A stretch of DNA of 63,229 bases, counting the filler, from Octopus bimaculoides (Eukaryota), in the NCBI RefSeq assembly GCF_001194135.2. It is 6 parts of 6 records of this genome, joined end to end, with 100 filler letters (N's around TTAATTAATTAA, not from the genome) between each part and the next. Parts side by side here need not be neighbours in the genome. Positions count along the whole stretch, not along the records: positions 1 to 16,785 come from NC_068986.1; 5 more parts are not named here. One strand, 5' to 3'. The notes under the pieces were generated by a model. It worked only from the letters and a program-made list of their open reading frames with translations, had not been told where the DNA came from and made no database searches. Positions 1 to 10,000 of the stretch are shown in pieces (position 1 is the stretch's first letter; every line of letters starts with the position of its first letter). Both the position numbers and the translations under genes were made by a program.

Positions 1-41
<41 letters not shown>

Positions 42-98
42 CATACACACATATATAAACTTTCAAAATGTTACGCATTTGTGACTCCTCACACAATT

Positions 99-346
99 CT
101 ATGATTTACATCCTAGAAAGATCTTGCTTACAGATCCATGTTGAAAAATTTGCGTTCTTGCAGATCTTAACGAAGATGCAAAAAAATTATTTCCGTGAAT
201 TATGTGCAGATAGTCTCTGTCAATAAACATAGAATCGATATCTCGAAGACTGGTTAGAAATCCGGTTGGTCTTGCATTGGAAATCAGTGAACAGCCTTGT
301 CTACGTAACCATTTCACACACCTTACTGCTTGGAGAACATTGGTTC
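99..346 (-). CDS. MMP terminal exon: end of hemopexin blade 3 and blade 4 (G-TNVLQAVRCVKW...RDIDSMFIDRDYLHIIHGNN...KIFLGCKS*)
   Basis: Acceptor ctcttcag|GA at 346, phase 1, matching the upstream donor. The exon is 248 nt (2+82 codons) and ends in TAG at 99-101. IDSMF...LHIIHG is a hemopexin blade motif and the terminal FLGC is the canonical closing Cys of MMP hemopexin domains. There is no TM or GPI tail. Confidence 0.85.
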
Positions 347-479
347 CTGAAGAGGGAGATAGATAAATAATTAACTAAGTTTACATATAAAGATGTCTAC
401 ACTAAGACATATGCACCTATACACTCAAATGCATACATATAGATTCACATATTCACACGCACGTACATACTTATACACC

Positions 480-1410
480 TACATACATATATCTTCATAC
501 AATTACATAATAAAATGTGATAGCCGATGCAGACTTTGTGGTGTTAACACCGAAAATATCACCCACATCATAAGCAGTTGTCTGAAAATGTCATTACGGT
601 AACATCTACCGTTGAGACATGATGTTGTAGCTAGGACACCGTTAACGAGACCCTGGAAAGGATAACCCCGAGGACAAAGAAATAAGAGCCCATAATACGG
701 TGGAAGATATAGCTACTTAAAATAAAATGGAGTGCTGGTAGAATGTCCCAGTGAAAATCTCGATAAAATGTAAAAGCCATAGAGTTGATATAATGATTTG
801 GGACAAAGAAGAGAAACTGTGTACAGTTGTGGAAACCAACTTCCCAGTGGATGTTAGCACAAAGCTGAAGATGAGTGAAAAAGAGAATATCTACGCTGAA
901 CTATTGAGAAATCTGAAGTTACCCTATCCAGATTACAAGTTCAGATGTATACCTATAATTATTGGGGCCCTGGGATATGTAGCACACTGCCTAAATACCA
1001 ATCATGAGAAATTAGGTTTCTCAAAACCAGAAAGGAGAATGCTGATTCGAAGACTACAGATCCAAGCCATCACTAGAACTGTAAAAATCTGTGAGACTTT
1101 CCAGAAGTTTATCATTTAAGTATATATGAGCATGTCTAGATATGCGACTATATGCATAAGAATACATACATAAAACAAAACATATAAATCTGCACATAAA
1201 CATACATACATACATACATACATACATACATACATACATACATACATACATGCATATATATACATACATACATACATACATACATACATACATACATACA
1301 TACATACATACATACATGCTGAAATTCCAATGAAGGAGCCCTGGATCTAGGTTAGAAACCGGGTCTTTCTCTATTGGCAAGAAATCTTGAAAGAAAACTG
1401 AATAATGACA
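480..1410 (+). mobile_element. 3' remnant of an R4/Dong/CRE-type non-LTR retrotransposon (CCHC knuckle + restriction-like endonuclease), with a (CATA)n tract in its 3' region
   Basis: Frameshifted translation CRLCGVNTENITHIISSC...RHDVVA, RVDIMIWDKEEKLCTVVE, EKENIYAELL, PIIIGALG, QIQAITRTVKICETF are typical REL-clade C-terminal motifs. It lies in the last MMP intron. Confidence 0.8.
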
Positions 1411-2471
1411 TACATATGTATTCACATATCAACACACATGTACATACATACGCTCATACATACATATATATTCATACAGTGACACACACGTACACACATA
1501 CATATATAAATATTCACACATTCACACGCACATACATACGTTCGCTCGAGCGCGTACGGACACACATACACACACACACACACACACATTGTTCACATCA
1601 TAAGAATTTAGAAACTTCGAAAGAACGTGAAATAACTTTTTAACTGTGGAACTCGAAGTAGATAAAGTTATCGATAATAACATGTATGTGTTGTGTTAAA
1701 TACACTTTGTATAGAAAAGTCGAAGACTGCACCTGAAGTTGCCGATTTAGTCGTCGACGACCCGATTATATGACAAGTTGTACTGGGTTACATGTTACAA
1801 GTACCACTGAAAAGCGCTCAATTTCATAAAAATGAGATTAGTATCATTAGCGTTGTGAATGTTTCTCATTCTTTCTTTAAATGTTTCTTATGCACGAAAG
1901 TATGCATGCCTGATGCTGGTATGAGATCGTACAAGCGTGCCCATGTGGTAATGCACACATGAACTATTGGAATTTCATTTAGAATGACCAGTTTCAATGT
2001 CATATTTGTCAAAATACCTGCAAATCCCGCAGAGGATTGAAGCGGTATTTGAACACGCGGAAAATGGAGTCAATGCTGAAATGCGACAATGCTGCAAAAA
2101 CATTCCATATCAATCCGACCAAATTTCAAAAAATCTTGCACGTGATCAACTCGGATTTGACTGAATTTATTGTACTTTTTAGGTAATACCTCTATATGCA
2201 TAAGGGCAACATAGATTCTCCTTCATATCTACTGGTAAAGACAAATAGAAATACTTGTATTGCCTACATATACCTTTTTTTCTGTCTCTTTTTATTAGAG
2301 AGGATATAATCAATCGAATTGGCCTTAATATCTTATAGATACTTATTTTATTGATTAGACGTCTACAAAATTCGATCTCACAATTATGAATCATTAAACT
2401 TTAAATGTCGGCTTTATCGTCGTTAACTAACCAGTTTAATGTCTTATAAGAATATCTAAACGAAATATTAC

Positions 2472-2628
2472 CGTTAAATAGATAAAGTGTTCTCCTCCTG
2501 GTGTGAATATAGGCCGCAGTTACCTGCCCTTGTAAGGCAATCCCAAATTCTTCGGTTATATTTCTAGGATAGCCTCGATCCAGGCAGAACCTACCACGAC
2601 ATTTCCGATACCTCCAAATACGGTCATC
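2472..2628 (-). CDS. MMP hemopexin exon (DDRIWRYRKCRGRFCLDRGYPRNITEEFGIALQGQVTAAYIHTRRRTLYLFNG)
   Basis: Acceptor ttttcag|GAT at 2628 and donor AACG|gtaat at 2472; 157 nt, phase 0 to phase 1. WRY...LDxGYPRxI and TAA...LYLFxG are hemopexin motifs. The exon is too short to appear in the ORF track. Confidence 0.9.
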
Positions 2629-2832
2629 CTGAAAAGAATGAACATATAAACAAGGTTTTTATGGGGCAGAAATTAAGTTACATCAGAAATATAGACAGGA
2701 ATAGAATAAAGTCGCATTCATCTCACCACCAAATTCAAAAGAATTAATATATCGTCTTTTAATAACCTATAAACTACTGCAATTAAAGGAGTTAACATAT
2801 CGCCCGTTAATGACCTGTGTATTTGATAATTA

Positions 2833-3410
2833 GGATCTATTTTAAAACGGGGGCCACATTTTTCATTAAGGTTTTACGTAGTGTTTTTGGTACGGAAAGA
2901 CTTTCAAACTTCGTATACTTATCTATTTTGTGTTATAGAACAGAAAAATATTTTTGTATTCGAATTTATTTCATGTAAAAAATTGTCTTATTTCGCTAAT
3001 TTCAACCAATCACTGACAAGTATTCAGTTGTTTACATTTACTTCTTTGGCTGATTAAGCGATGTAAAGCGTATTTAATCTCCATACCTTCGTTTTATTTG
3101 CTTTTTTCATTTTAAATTTGCTTTAACCCTAACCCTAACCCTAGGGTTAGGGTTAGGGTTAGGGTTAGGGTTAATTGTTTCAGAATCGTTTGTTTATGTA
3201 GTCGGCACTTAATGTATATCGGCTGAATGGACGTCAGTGATTGGTTGAAATTACAGAAATACAACTTTAACATGGAATAACTTATGGATTTCTTTTTTTT
3301 TTTAAGAAGACTAAGAGAGAAAGATGTTTTATATGACACATTCTACCAGTGTTCCAAGTTTCAAAGTGTTTCGTTAATGAAAAATGTGGCCCCCGTTTTA
3401 AAAAAGATCC
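2833..3410. mobile_element. Non-autonomous DNA transposon (MITE) with ~38-bp TIRs, 8-bp TSD and a central telomeric-repeat palindrome
   Basis: Left end ggatctattttaaaacgggggccacatttttcattaa; right end ttaatgaaaaatgtggcccccgttttaaaaaagatcc. The 8-mer gataatta occurs at 2825-2832 and 3411-3418. An inner inverted repeat atttcaaccaatcactgac / gtcagtgattggttgaaat is also present. Confidence 0.85.
3124..3173. repeat. Interstitial telomere-type repeat, head-to-head (TAACCC)3-TA-(GGGTTA)5
   Basis: Read directly from the sequence. Confidence 0.95.
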
Positions 3411-3487
3411 GATAATTATTAACTCACGTAAAATTAAATAAAATTATTCATTTCTATATTTAAGAGAAGAGGAATTATGTACATTAT

Positions 3488-3720
3488 TTACATTTGTCCT
3501 CATCTTGTTTGTTAACACGTTTCGGCTGATATACCCTCCATCAGGTGTCTTGGGGAAATTTCGAACCTGGGTTCGCATTCAGGTCACTGCCTGGAATCGA
3601 ACTCGGAATCTAGGGGTTTGTAGCCCGCGCTCTTAATCACTACGCCATATGTCCGTGGGCAATTATGGAGTGAATTTTAGGGCTTATAAATTTTATATTT
3701 TCCTATCCTTCCTTAATACT
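3488..3720 (-). mobile_element. tRNA-headed SINE-like repeat, inverted partner of 3790-4075
   Basis: The reverse complement matches the 3790-4075 copy; A-box/B-box-like ggcgtagtgattaagagc...gagttcgattcc. Confidence 0.75.
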
Positions 3721-3789
3721 GGTTCTCATATGCTATTCATGTCTGCACTCGGTCTACATTGGAGGTTGTTGTGTCCTAGCATATATGCT

Positions 3790-4075
3790 AGGTATTAAGG
3801 AAGGCTAGGAAAATATTAGATTTATAAGTCCTAAAATTCACTCCATCATTGTCCACGGGTATATGGCGCAGTGGTTAAGAGCGTGGGCTACTACCCTCAC
3901 GATTTTGAGTTCGATTCCAGGCAGTCACCTGAATAATAATAATAATTACATCAAAAAATACCTTAGGAATGAGAACCCATGTTCCAAATTTCTCCACGAC
4001 ACCTGATGGAGGGTATATCAGCTGAAACGTTGTGTTAACAACAAACAAAATGAGGACAAATATCCGTCAAATGAA
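3790..4075 (+). mobile_element. tRNA-headed SINE-like repeat with a Penelope-like hammerhead-type 3' segment
   Basis: ggcgcagtggttaagagcg...gagttcgattccagg (Pol III A/B boxes), followed by gacacctgatggagggtatatcagctgaaacgttgtgtt. Confidence 0.75.
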
Positions 4076-4399
4076 AATTATTCATGTATCTTCTTAATTT
4101 TTATCTCGGATTGAAATTTAAACAAATGTTTTGATAAGAATTCCAAAAATATTTTGACCATATTTTACTACTTAATCTTTTAGGAAGATTATTCTCCCTA
4201 TGGCAATCACAACAGCAAAATTAACAAATCCAGCGACTCAAATTATATGTAGCGGAAGTAGTATTAGATTAAAATAGCTGCTTTTGTATTATACTTATTA
4301 TGTTATAATATCACGATGTATTATACATCGTGATAGGCAAATTTACTGCAGCATTTGTGCGGTGAAAATATTTCTTGTGGCCGTACTGTGTTTACGAAC

Positions 4400-4605
4400 A
4401 AATACTTATTGGAGGGGTCGACTTGGCAGAATACTTGGCACGAAATTGGACGGATGAAATGCTTAACGGCATTTCATCCGTCTTTACGTTCTGTGTTCAA
4501 ATTCTGCCGAGGTCGACAAATTAAGTACCAGGGAAACACTGGGGTCAATCCAATCGACTATTCCTCTCCTCCAAAATGTCAGGCTTTGTGCCTTTAGTAG
4601 AAAGG
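4400..4605 (+). mobile_element. SINE family B copy (degenerate), followed by an (ATT)n tract
   Basis: Shares cttggcagaa...cgaaatgcttaacggcatttc...ttcaaattctgccgaggtcga...taagtaccag...aatcgact with the copies at 41350-42420 and 55192-55425. Confidence 0.7.
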
Positions 4606-4652
<47 letters not shown>

Positions 4653-4659
4653 CATTATT

Positions 4660-4911
4660 TGGATCCTAACTCATACGTCTTGGTCGTGGATCCTAGGAAA
4701 CGTCAAAGTAGGAGAACGCTTGGGAGGATGAAGTACGGATTGGCGTTCGGAGACCCTGAGCCGTTATGGTAGCCTTGAAGGCTTGTGAAGAACCTTGAAG
4801 CGGTAGGCTGAAGGAACTCTGGTATCATCCTTTGGGCTGGTGTCAAGACGATCCTCAAAAGATCTTGGTTTCGGCAACTCGGTGCAGCTCCATTGTTTAA
4901 GACCGCCTGTC
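4660..4911 (-). mobile_element. Probable 3' end of a non-LTR retroelement ending in an (AAT)n tail
   Basis: On the minus strand the sequence runs into (AAT)n. There is weak resemblance (DLLRIVLT) to the ILRKVL end motif of REL LINEs. It is truncated by a gap. Confidence 0.3.
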
Positions 4912-5489
4912 NNNNNNNNNNNNNNNNNNNNNNNNNNNNNNNNNNNNNNNNNNNNNNNNNNNNNNNNNNNNNNNNNNNNNNNNNNNNNNNNNNNNNNNNN
5001 NNNNNNNNNNNNNNNNNNNNNNNNNNNNNNNNNNNNNNNNNNNNNNNNNNNNNNNNNNNNNNNNNNNNNNNNNNNNNNNNNNNNNNNNNNNNNNNNNNNN
5101 NNNNNNNNNNNNNNNNNNNNNNNNNNNNNNNNNNNNNNNNNNNNNNNNNNNNNNNNNNNNNNNNNNNNNNNNNNNNNNNNNNNNNNNNNNNNNNNNNNNN
5201 NNNNNNNNNNNNNNNNNNNNNNNNNNNNNNNNNNNNNNNNNNNNNNNNNNNNNNNNNNNNNNNNNNNNNNNNNNNNNNNNNNNNNNNNNNNNNNNNNNNN
5301 NNNNNNNNNNNNNNNNNNNNNNNNNNNNNNNNNNNNNNNNNNNNNNNNNNNNNNNNNNNNNNNNNNNNNNNNNNNNNNNNNNNNNNNNNNNNNNNNNNNN
5401 NNNNNNNNNNNNNNNNNNNNNNNNNNNNNNNNNNNNNNNNNNNNNNNNNNNNNNNNNNNNNNNNNNNNNNNNNNNNNNNNNNNNNNNNN

Positions 5490-5647
5490 AAAAAGATAAG
5501 TTCGGGACCATTTCTTCTTCCTTCCAAACTCCATAGACACCGCTGCCGTAATATTTCCTGGATTTCTTGGAAACATTTCAGATATTGATGAAATATTTCT
5601 ATGCTTAGTTGGTAATCTGCACAACGAGAACCAATAAACCGTGTTTC
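5490..5647 (-). CDS. MMP hemopexin exon, blade 1 end/blade 2 (G-NTVYWFSLCRLPTKHRNISSISEMFPRNPGNITAAVSMEFGRKKKWSRTYLF...), 3' end lost in N gap
   Basis: Acceptor ctctctgtccag|GA at 5647, phase 1, matching the donor at 7040. ISEMFP..P.NITAA...TYLF is a hemopexin pattern. The donor falls inside the 4912-5489 gap. Confidence 0.85.
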
Positions 5648-5992
5648 CTGGACAGAGAGAGAAACAAAACCTGACTTTTCAGTAGAGGTGATATGTGTAT
5701 ACATACATGCATGCATACATACATACATACATACACATACATCCACACATACATACATACATACATACATACATACATACATACACACATACATGCATAC
5801 ACACACATACTTCCACACATACATGTATAAATACGTACATACACGCATACACACATACACACACATACATGCATCCACACACACATACATACATACATAC
5901 ATACATACATACTTCTACACACACATATATACATACATACAGACATACATACAGACATACATACGTACGTACATACATACATACATACAAGC

Positions 5993-6157
5993 TGCAGGCG
6001 TGGCTCTTTGGTAAGTAGTTTGCTTTCCACCCACATGGTTTCGGGTTCAGTCTCACATCGTAGCAAGTGTCTTTTTGGGCAAGTGTCTTCTACTATAACC
6101 TCGAGTCAACCAAAGCCCTGTGAGTGGATTTGGTAGACGAAAACTGAAAGAAGCTCG

Positions 6158-6201
<44 letters not shown>

Positions 6202-6397
6202 CTGCGTTTGTCCCCCACCACCTCTTGACAACCGGTGGTGGTGTGTTTATGTTCCCGTAAACTAGCGGTTCGGCAAAAGATACCGATGGAATAAGTACCA
6301 GGCTTCAAAAATAAGCACCGGAGTCGATTCGTTCGACTAAAGTTCCTCAAGGTGGTGCCCCAGGATAACCGAAGACTGAGACAAATAAAAAGTAAAA
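5993..6397 (+). mobile_element. SINE family A (tRNA head, CORE-like ttgggcaagtgtcttctac, internal (GT)n, tail)
   Basis: gcaggcgtggctctttggtaag...ggtttcgggttcagtc...ttgggcaagtgtcttctactata...caaagccctgtgagtggatttggtagacgaaaactgaaagaagc; the same family recurs at 16520, 18340, 19005, 22226 and 22388. Confidence 0.75.
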
Positions 6398-6490
6398 CAT
6401 ACACACATACACAATATACATACACACACACACACACACATATAGACACACACACATAGAGTATATATATATATATGTATACATATGGAC

Positions 6491-6800
6491 GTGGAGGCGC
6501 AATGGCCCAGTGGTTAGAGCAGCGAACTCGCGGTCGGAGGATCGAGGTTTCAATTCCCAGACCGGGCGTTGTGTGTGTTTATTGAGCGAAAATACCTAAG
6601 TTCTACGAGGTTCCGGCAGGTGGTGGTGGCGACCCCTGTTGTACTCTTTCGCCCCAACTTTCTCTCACTCTTTCTTCCTGTTTCTTGAGTAACGCTGCGA
6701 TGGACTGGTGTCCCGTCCAGCTGGGGGAAACACATACGCCATAGAAACCGAGAAACCGGGCCCATCAGCCTGGATAGGCTTTAAAAGGGCGCATAATAAA
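6491..6800 (+). mobile_element. tRNA-derived SINE family C
   Basis: gtggaggcgcaatggcccagtggttagagcagcg...gaggtttcaattccc (A/B boxes). The internal segment is the reverse complement of the tail at 50730-50825. Confidence 0.7.
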
Positions 6801-7039
6801 ATAATATGAATAATGTTGAACATTATATATTTGTAAAAGACAATTTGCTGTTGAAGAAGGGCCATCATTACACGAACAGGAATCGAACAACGAATTATGT
6901 AGGGTTTAAATCATACAAGAGAATCTCAGCTCTGTTGTTCGGTCTGCTAAGAATAATAGCCAAGAAAATTCGAGTCAGCTTACGAAATAAACAGATTACT
7001 TTATGACTTAATTATTTAATAAAAGATTACGTTACTCAC

Positions 7040-10000
7040 CACTAAATATATACAGAGTGCGACTCGGATCAACAAATGTAGCATCAATAGGTATGAAGCA
7101 TACATCGCTCGAATTTCTATTTTGTTGCGAAGATCGACCCATTGTGGTTGGCTGTGTAGAAAATGCTCTGTTGTGTGCTATTACATCAGATGGCTCTTGA
7201 GTTTGAAAGTCCCCTGGACGCATCGTTTGTCTTTTAGCAGGTTTATCACTCGTAGGTTGCCAAATATCCCTGATAGTTTGTCTTTGTTGAGTTTGATCTC
7301 GGTTTCTAGTCACAAACAGTGGTAATACAGTCGATGTTTTCGTTCCCGAGGATTTAAAACACCCAGTTACACCTGAAACAGTTGTCAGCGGAATTCGAAC
7401 GTCCATCGGTCCGGTTCGAAATTCACTTCCTGTATCGGGACCTAACGTATCCATTTCTGGATAACTGCGTTTGACCCGTTTAAAGAAGTCACGTTCGATT
7501 TTGTGTCGGTTTCCGCTCTCTAACAGAGTATTGAAGTTTCGCAAATGCCCCGTTTCCTTACCTATTTGAACGTGGGGCCACAGCTGTGGCTTATATTTGT
7601 TCTTTCGACGAAGCAGTTTGTACAACGTTCGTTTCCCACCCGAGACGGTGTTGTCGTTGTTGTTGTCGTTGTTATATTGTTGCATGTCTGCAATACGTTT
7701 TTGAGTGGTATGTGTTTCGTAGGAGCTCTTCAGTTGTACGCCTGGAACTGTGTGTCGATTATCAATAGTGAAAACTATCATATTTCGTTCGTTTGGTCCA
7801 TGACTGAAATTTGTGACGGAAGTTGTTCCGGGCGAATGTAACACATCAGGAGAGATTTTGACCTTAGAACTAATTTTTGTGGTGTTTGCAGAGTTTTTGA
7901 TATTATTGTCAGTGGAGCTGATGGAAGAGGTGCTCCTGGTGTTAGTGGTAGTGTTGCTTATATTGCTATCAGTTGTGTTATAAGGGCTGTTTTTAGTGTT
8001 AGCGGTAGTGTTGTTACGGGTCGTATTATTGGTGTTGCTATCGATGGAATTAATGTAGTTGTCGGTGTTGCTAATGTTGATATCGGTGCTGTTAACGACA
8101 CTATAATTAGTGTCAGTGGCAACGTTACTGGTGTTGCTATCGGTGGTGCCAATGAGGTTGTTTGTGTTGTTAACGTTGCTATCGGCGTTGTTAATGAGTT
8201 TGTTGCTGGTGTCACTGGTAGAGCTGATACTGATGGTTTTACTGGTTTTGCTATCGGTAATGACAGCATTTCTGATGTTGCTACCGGTGGTGCTAATGAG
8301 GTTGCTATTGGCGTTAGTAATATCAACAGTCGCGCTGTTGTTACTGTTGTTGCTATTGGTGGTGCTATTGAAATTATAAATGTTAGTGTTAGAGGTATTT
8401 ACGGACATGGTGCTATTACTGGTGTTCCTATGGTTAAAGACCCTGTTGGTATTAACAGGGCTCTTGGTTTTCATATCACTAGTAGCGTTAAGGACAATAT
8501 TTGTGACTGCAATGCTGATGGTGTCAGAGATGGTGGTGGTGGTGGTGGTGGAGTTAACAGCAAAAGTGGCAGCAGCAGTCGTAGTGGTGAAGTCGACAGG
8601 GAAAATGTTATCTGTTTCTTTTGAAACTTCAGTTCTTTTTGTTGTTGTAGTTGTTGTTGCTGTTGATGTTGTTGTATTCATTGGTGTTCTTGTTGTTCTT
8701 ACCATCGTGGCCATCGACGTCGTTTGACGCTTAGTCTGGGCTTCAGCGGATCGAACCCGCTCTGTTCGGTTTACAGTTTTTATGGCTGCTGTTCTGTCTA
8801 GCAGTGTCTGAGTTGTGATCCCAAGAGATATATGGCGGTTTTCTGAAGTTCTGTCTCGAACGGTAGACCTTCCAGGAAAATTGACATCTTGGGTGTCCAA
8901 GGAGGGAATCTGATTTGCAGCTTCCGGTGCTTTAGAGGGAACCGTTTGTAGGTTCGCATAAGTCTGGAATGTAGAAAGGTTTGGGCTAGGAGATGCGTAC
9001 GTTGAGGGCAAAAAGCCATAAATGGGTGGCTGATCTACAAACGTTGACTGTACCGGGGTGGCATATACACTACTAAATGGATGATCAGATTTTGGTGTGT
9101 TTAATGTTGTTGTCGTTGTTGGTGTTTGTGATGATGGTGATGATGGGGTTCGTTGTGGTGATGGTGGCGGTGATAACGGTAGAAATGACGGTGGTGGTGT
9201 TTGCGTTAATGAGGGTGATAGTATTTCTGGTGGTCGTCGTGGCGTTTGTGGTGGCGGCGGTGGTTGTTTTGATGGTGCTGGTGTTGATGGCGGTTGAGGT
9301 GGTGGTGATTGTGGCGGTGTTGATGGTGGTGGTGGTGATGGTGGTGGCGTTGGTAGTGGAGATGGTGATGGTGGTTGTGATGATGGAGCTGGTGGTCGTG
9401 TTTGTGGAGGTGGAGTTAGTTTTAGTGATGGGCGTGTTTCTGCTGGTGGTGGTGTTTGTGGAGGTGGAGTTAGTTTTAGTGATGGGCGTGTTTCTGCTGG
9501 TGGTGGTGTTTNNNNNNNNNNNNNNNNNNNNNNNNNNNNNNNNNNNNNNNNNNNNNNNNNNNNNNNNNNNNNNNNNNNNNNNNNNNNNNNNNNNNNNNNN
9601 NNNNNNNNNNNNNNNNNNNNNNNNNNNNNNNNNNNNNNNNNNNNNNNNNNNNNNNNNNNNNNNNNNNNNNNNNNNNNNNNNNNNNNNNNNNNNNNNNNNN
9701 NNNNNNNNNNNNNNNNNNNNNNNNNNNNNNNNNNNNNNNNNNNNNNNNNNNNNNNNNNNNNNNNNNNNNNNNNNNNNNNNNNNNNNNNNNNNNNNNNNNN
9801 NNNNNNNNNNNNNNNNNNNNNNNNNNNNNNNNNNNNNNNNNNNNNNNNNNNNNNNNNNNNNNNNNNNNNNNNNNNNNNNNNNNNNNNNNNNNNNNNNNNN
9901 NNNNNNNNNNNNNNNNNNNNNNNNNNNNNNNNNNNNNNNNNNNNNNNNNNNNTCTTCCCCCACAGCATCACGAACTTTCTTTGTGATCTGGGTCGAGTGG

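Noticed and set aside
2179-2394. Minus-strand ORF ending ...ENLCCPYAYRGIT*, considered as the MMP last exon
   Set aside because: It has no hemopexin motif. The exon at 99-346 fits phase, blade 4 and the terminal Cys far better.
3845-3930. tRNA-like sequences here and at 6491, 55192 and others
   Set aside because: They have A/B boxes but no complete cloverleaf and continue into repeat bodies, so they are SINE heads, not tRNA genes.
4703-4911. Frame ending ...NGSGSPNANPYFILPSVLLL*, resembling a GPI-anchor signal for the MMP
   Set aside because: It would truncate the hemopexin domain, which continues in the exons at 2628 and 346. The segment runs into an (AAT)n tail like a retroelement 3' end. 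An alternative terminal exon cannot be fully excluded because of the gap.
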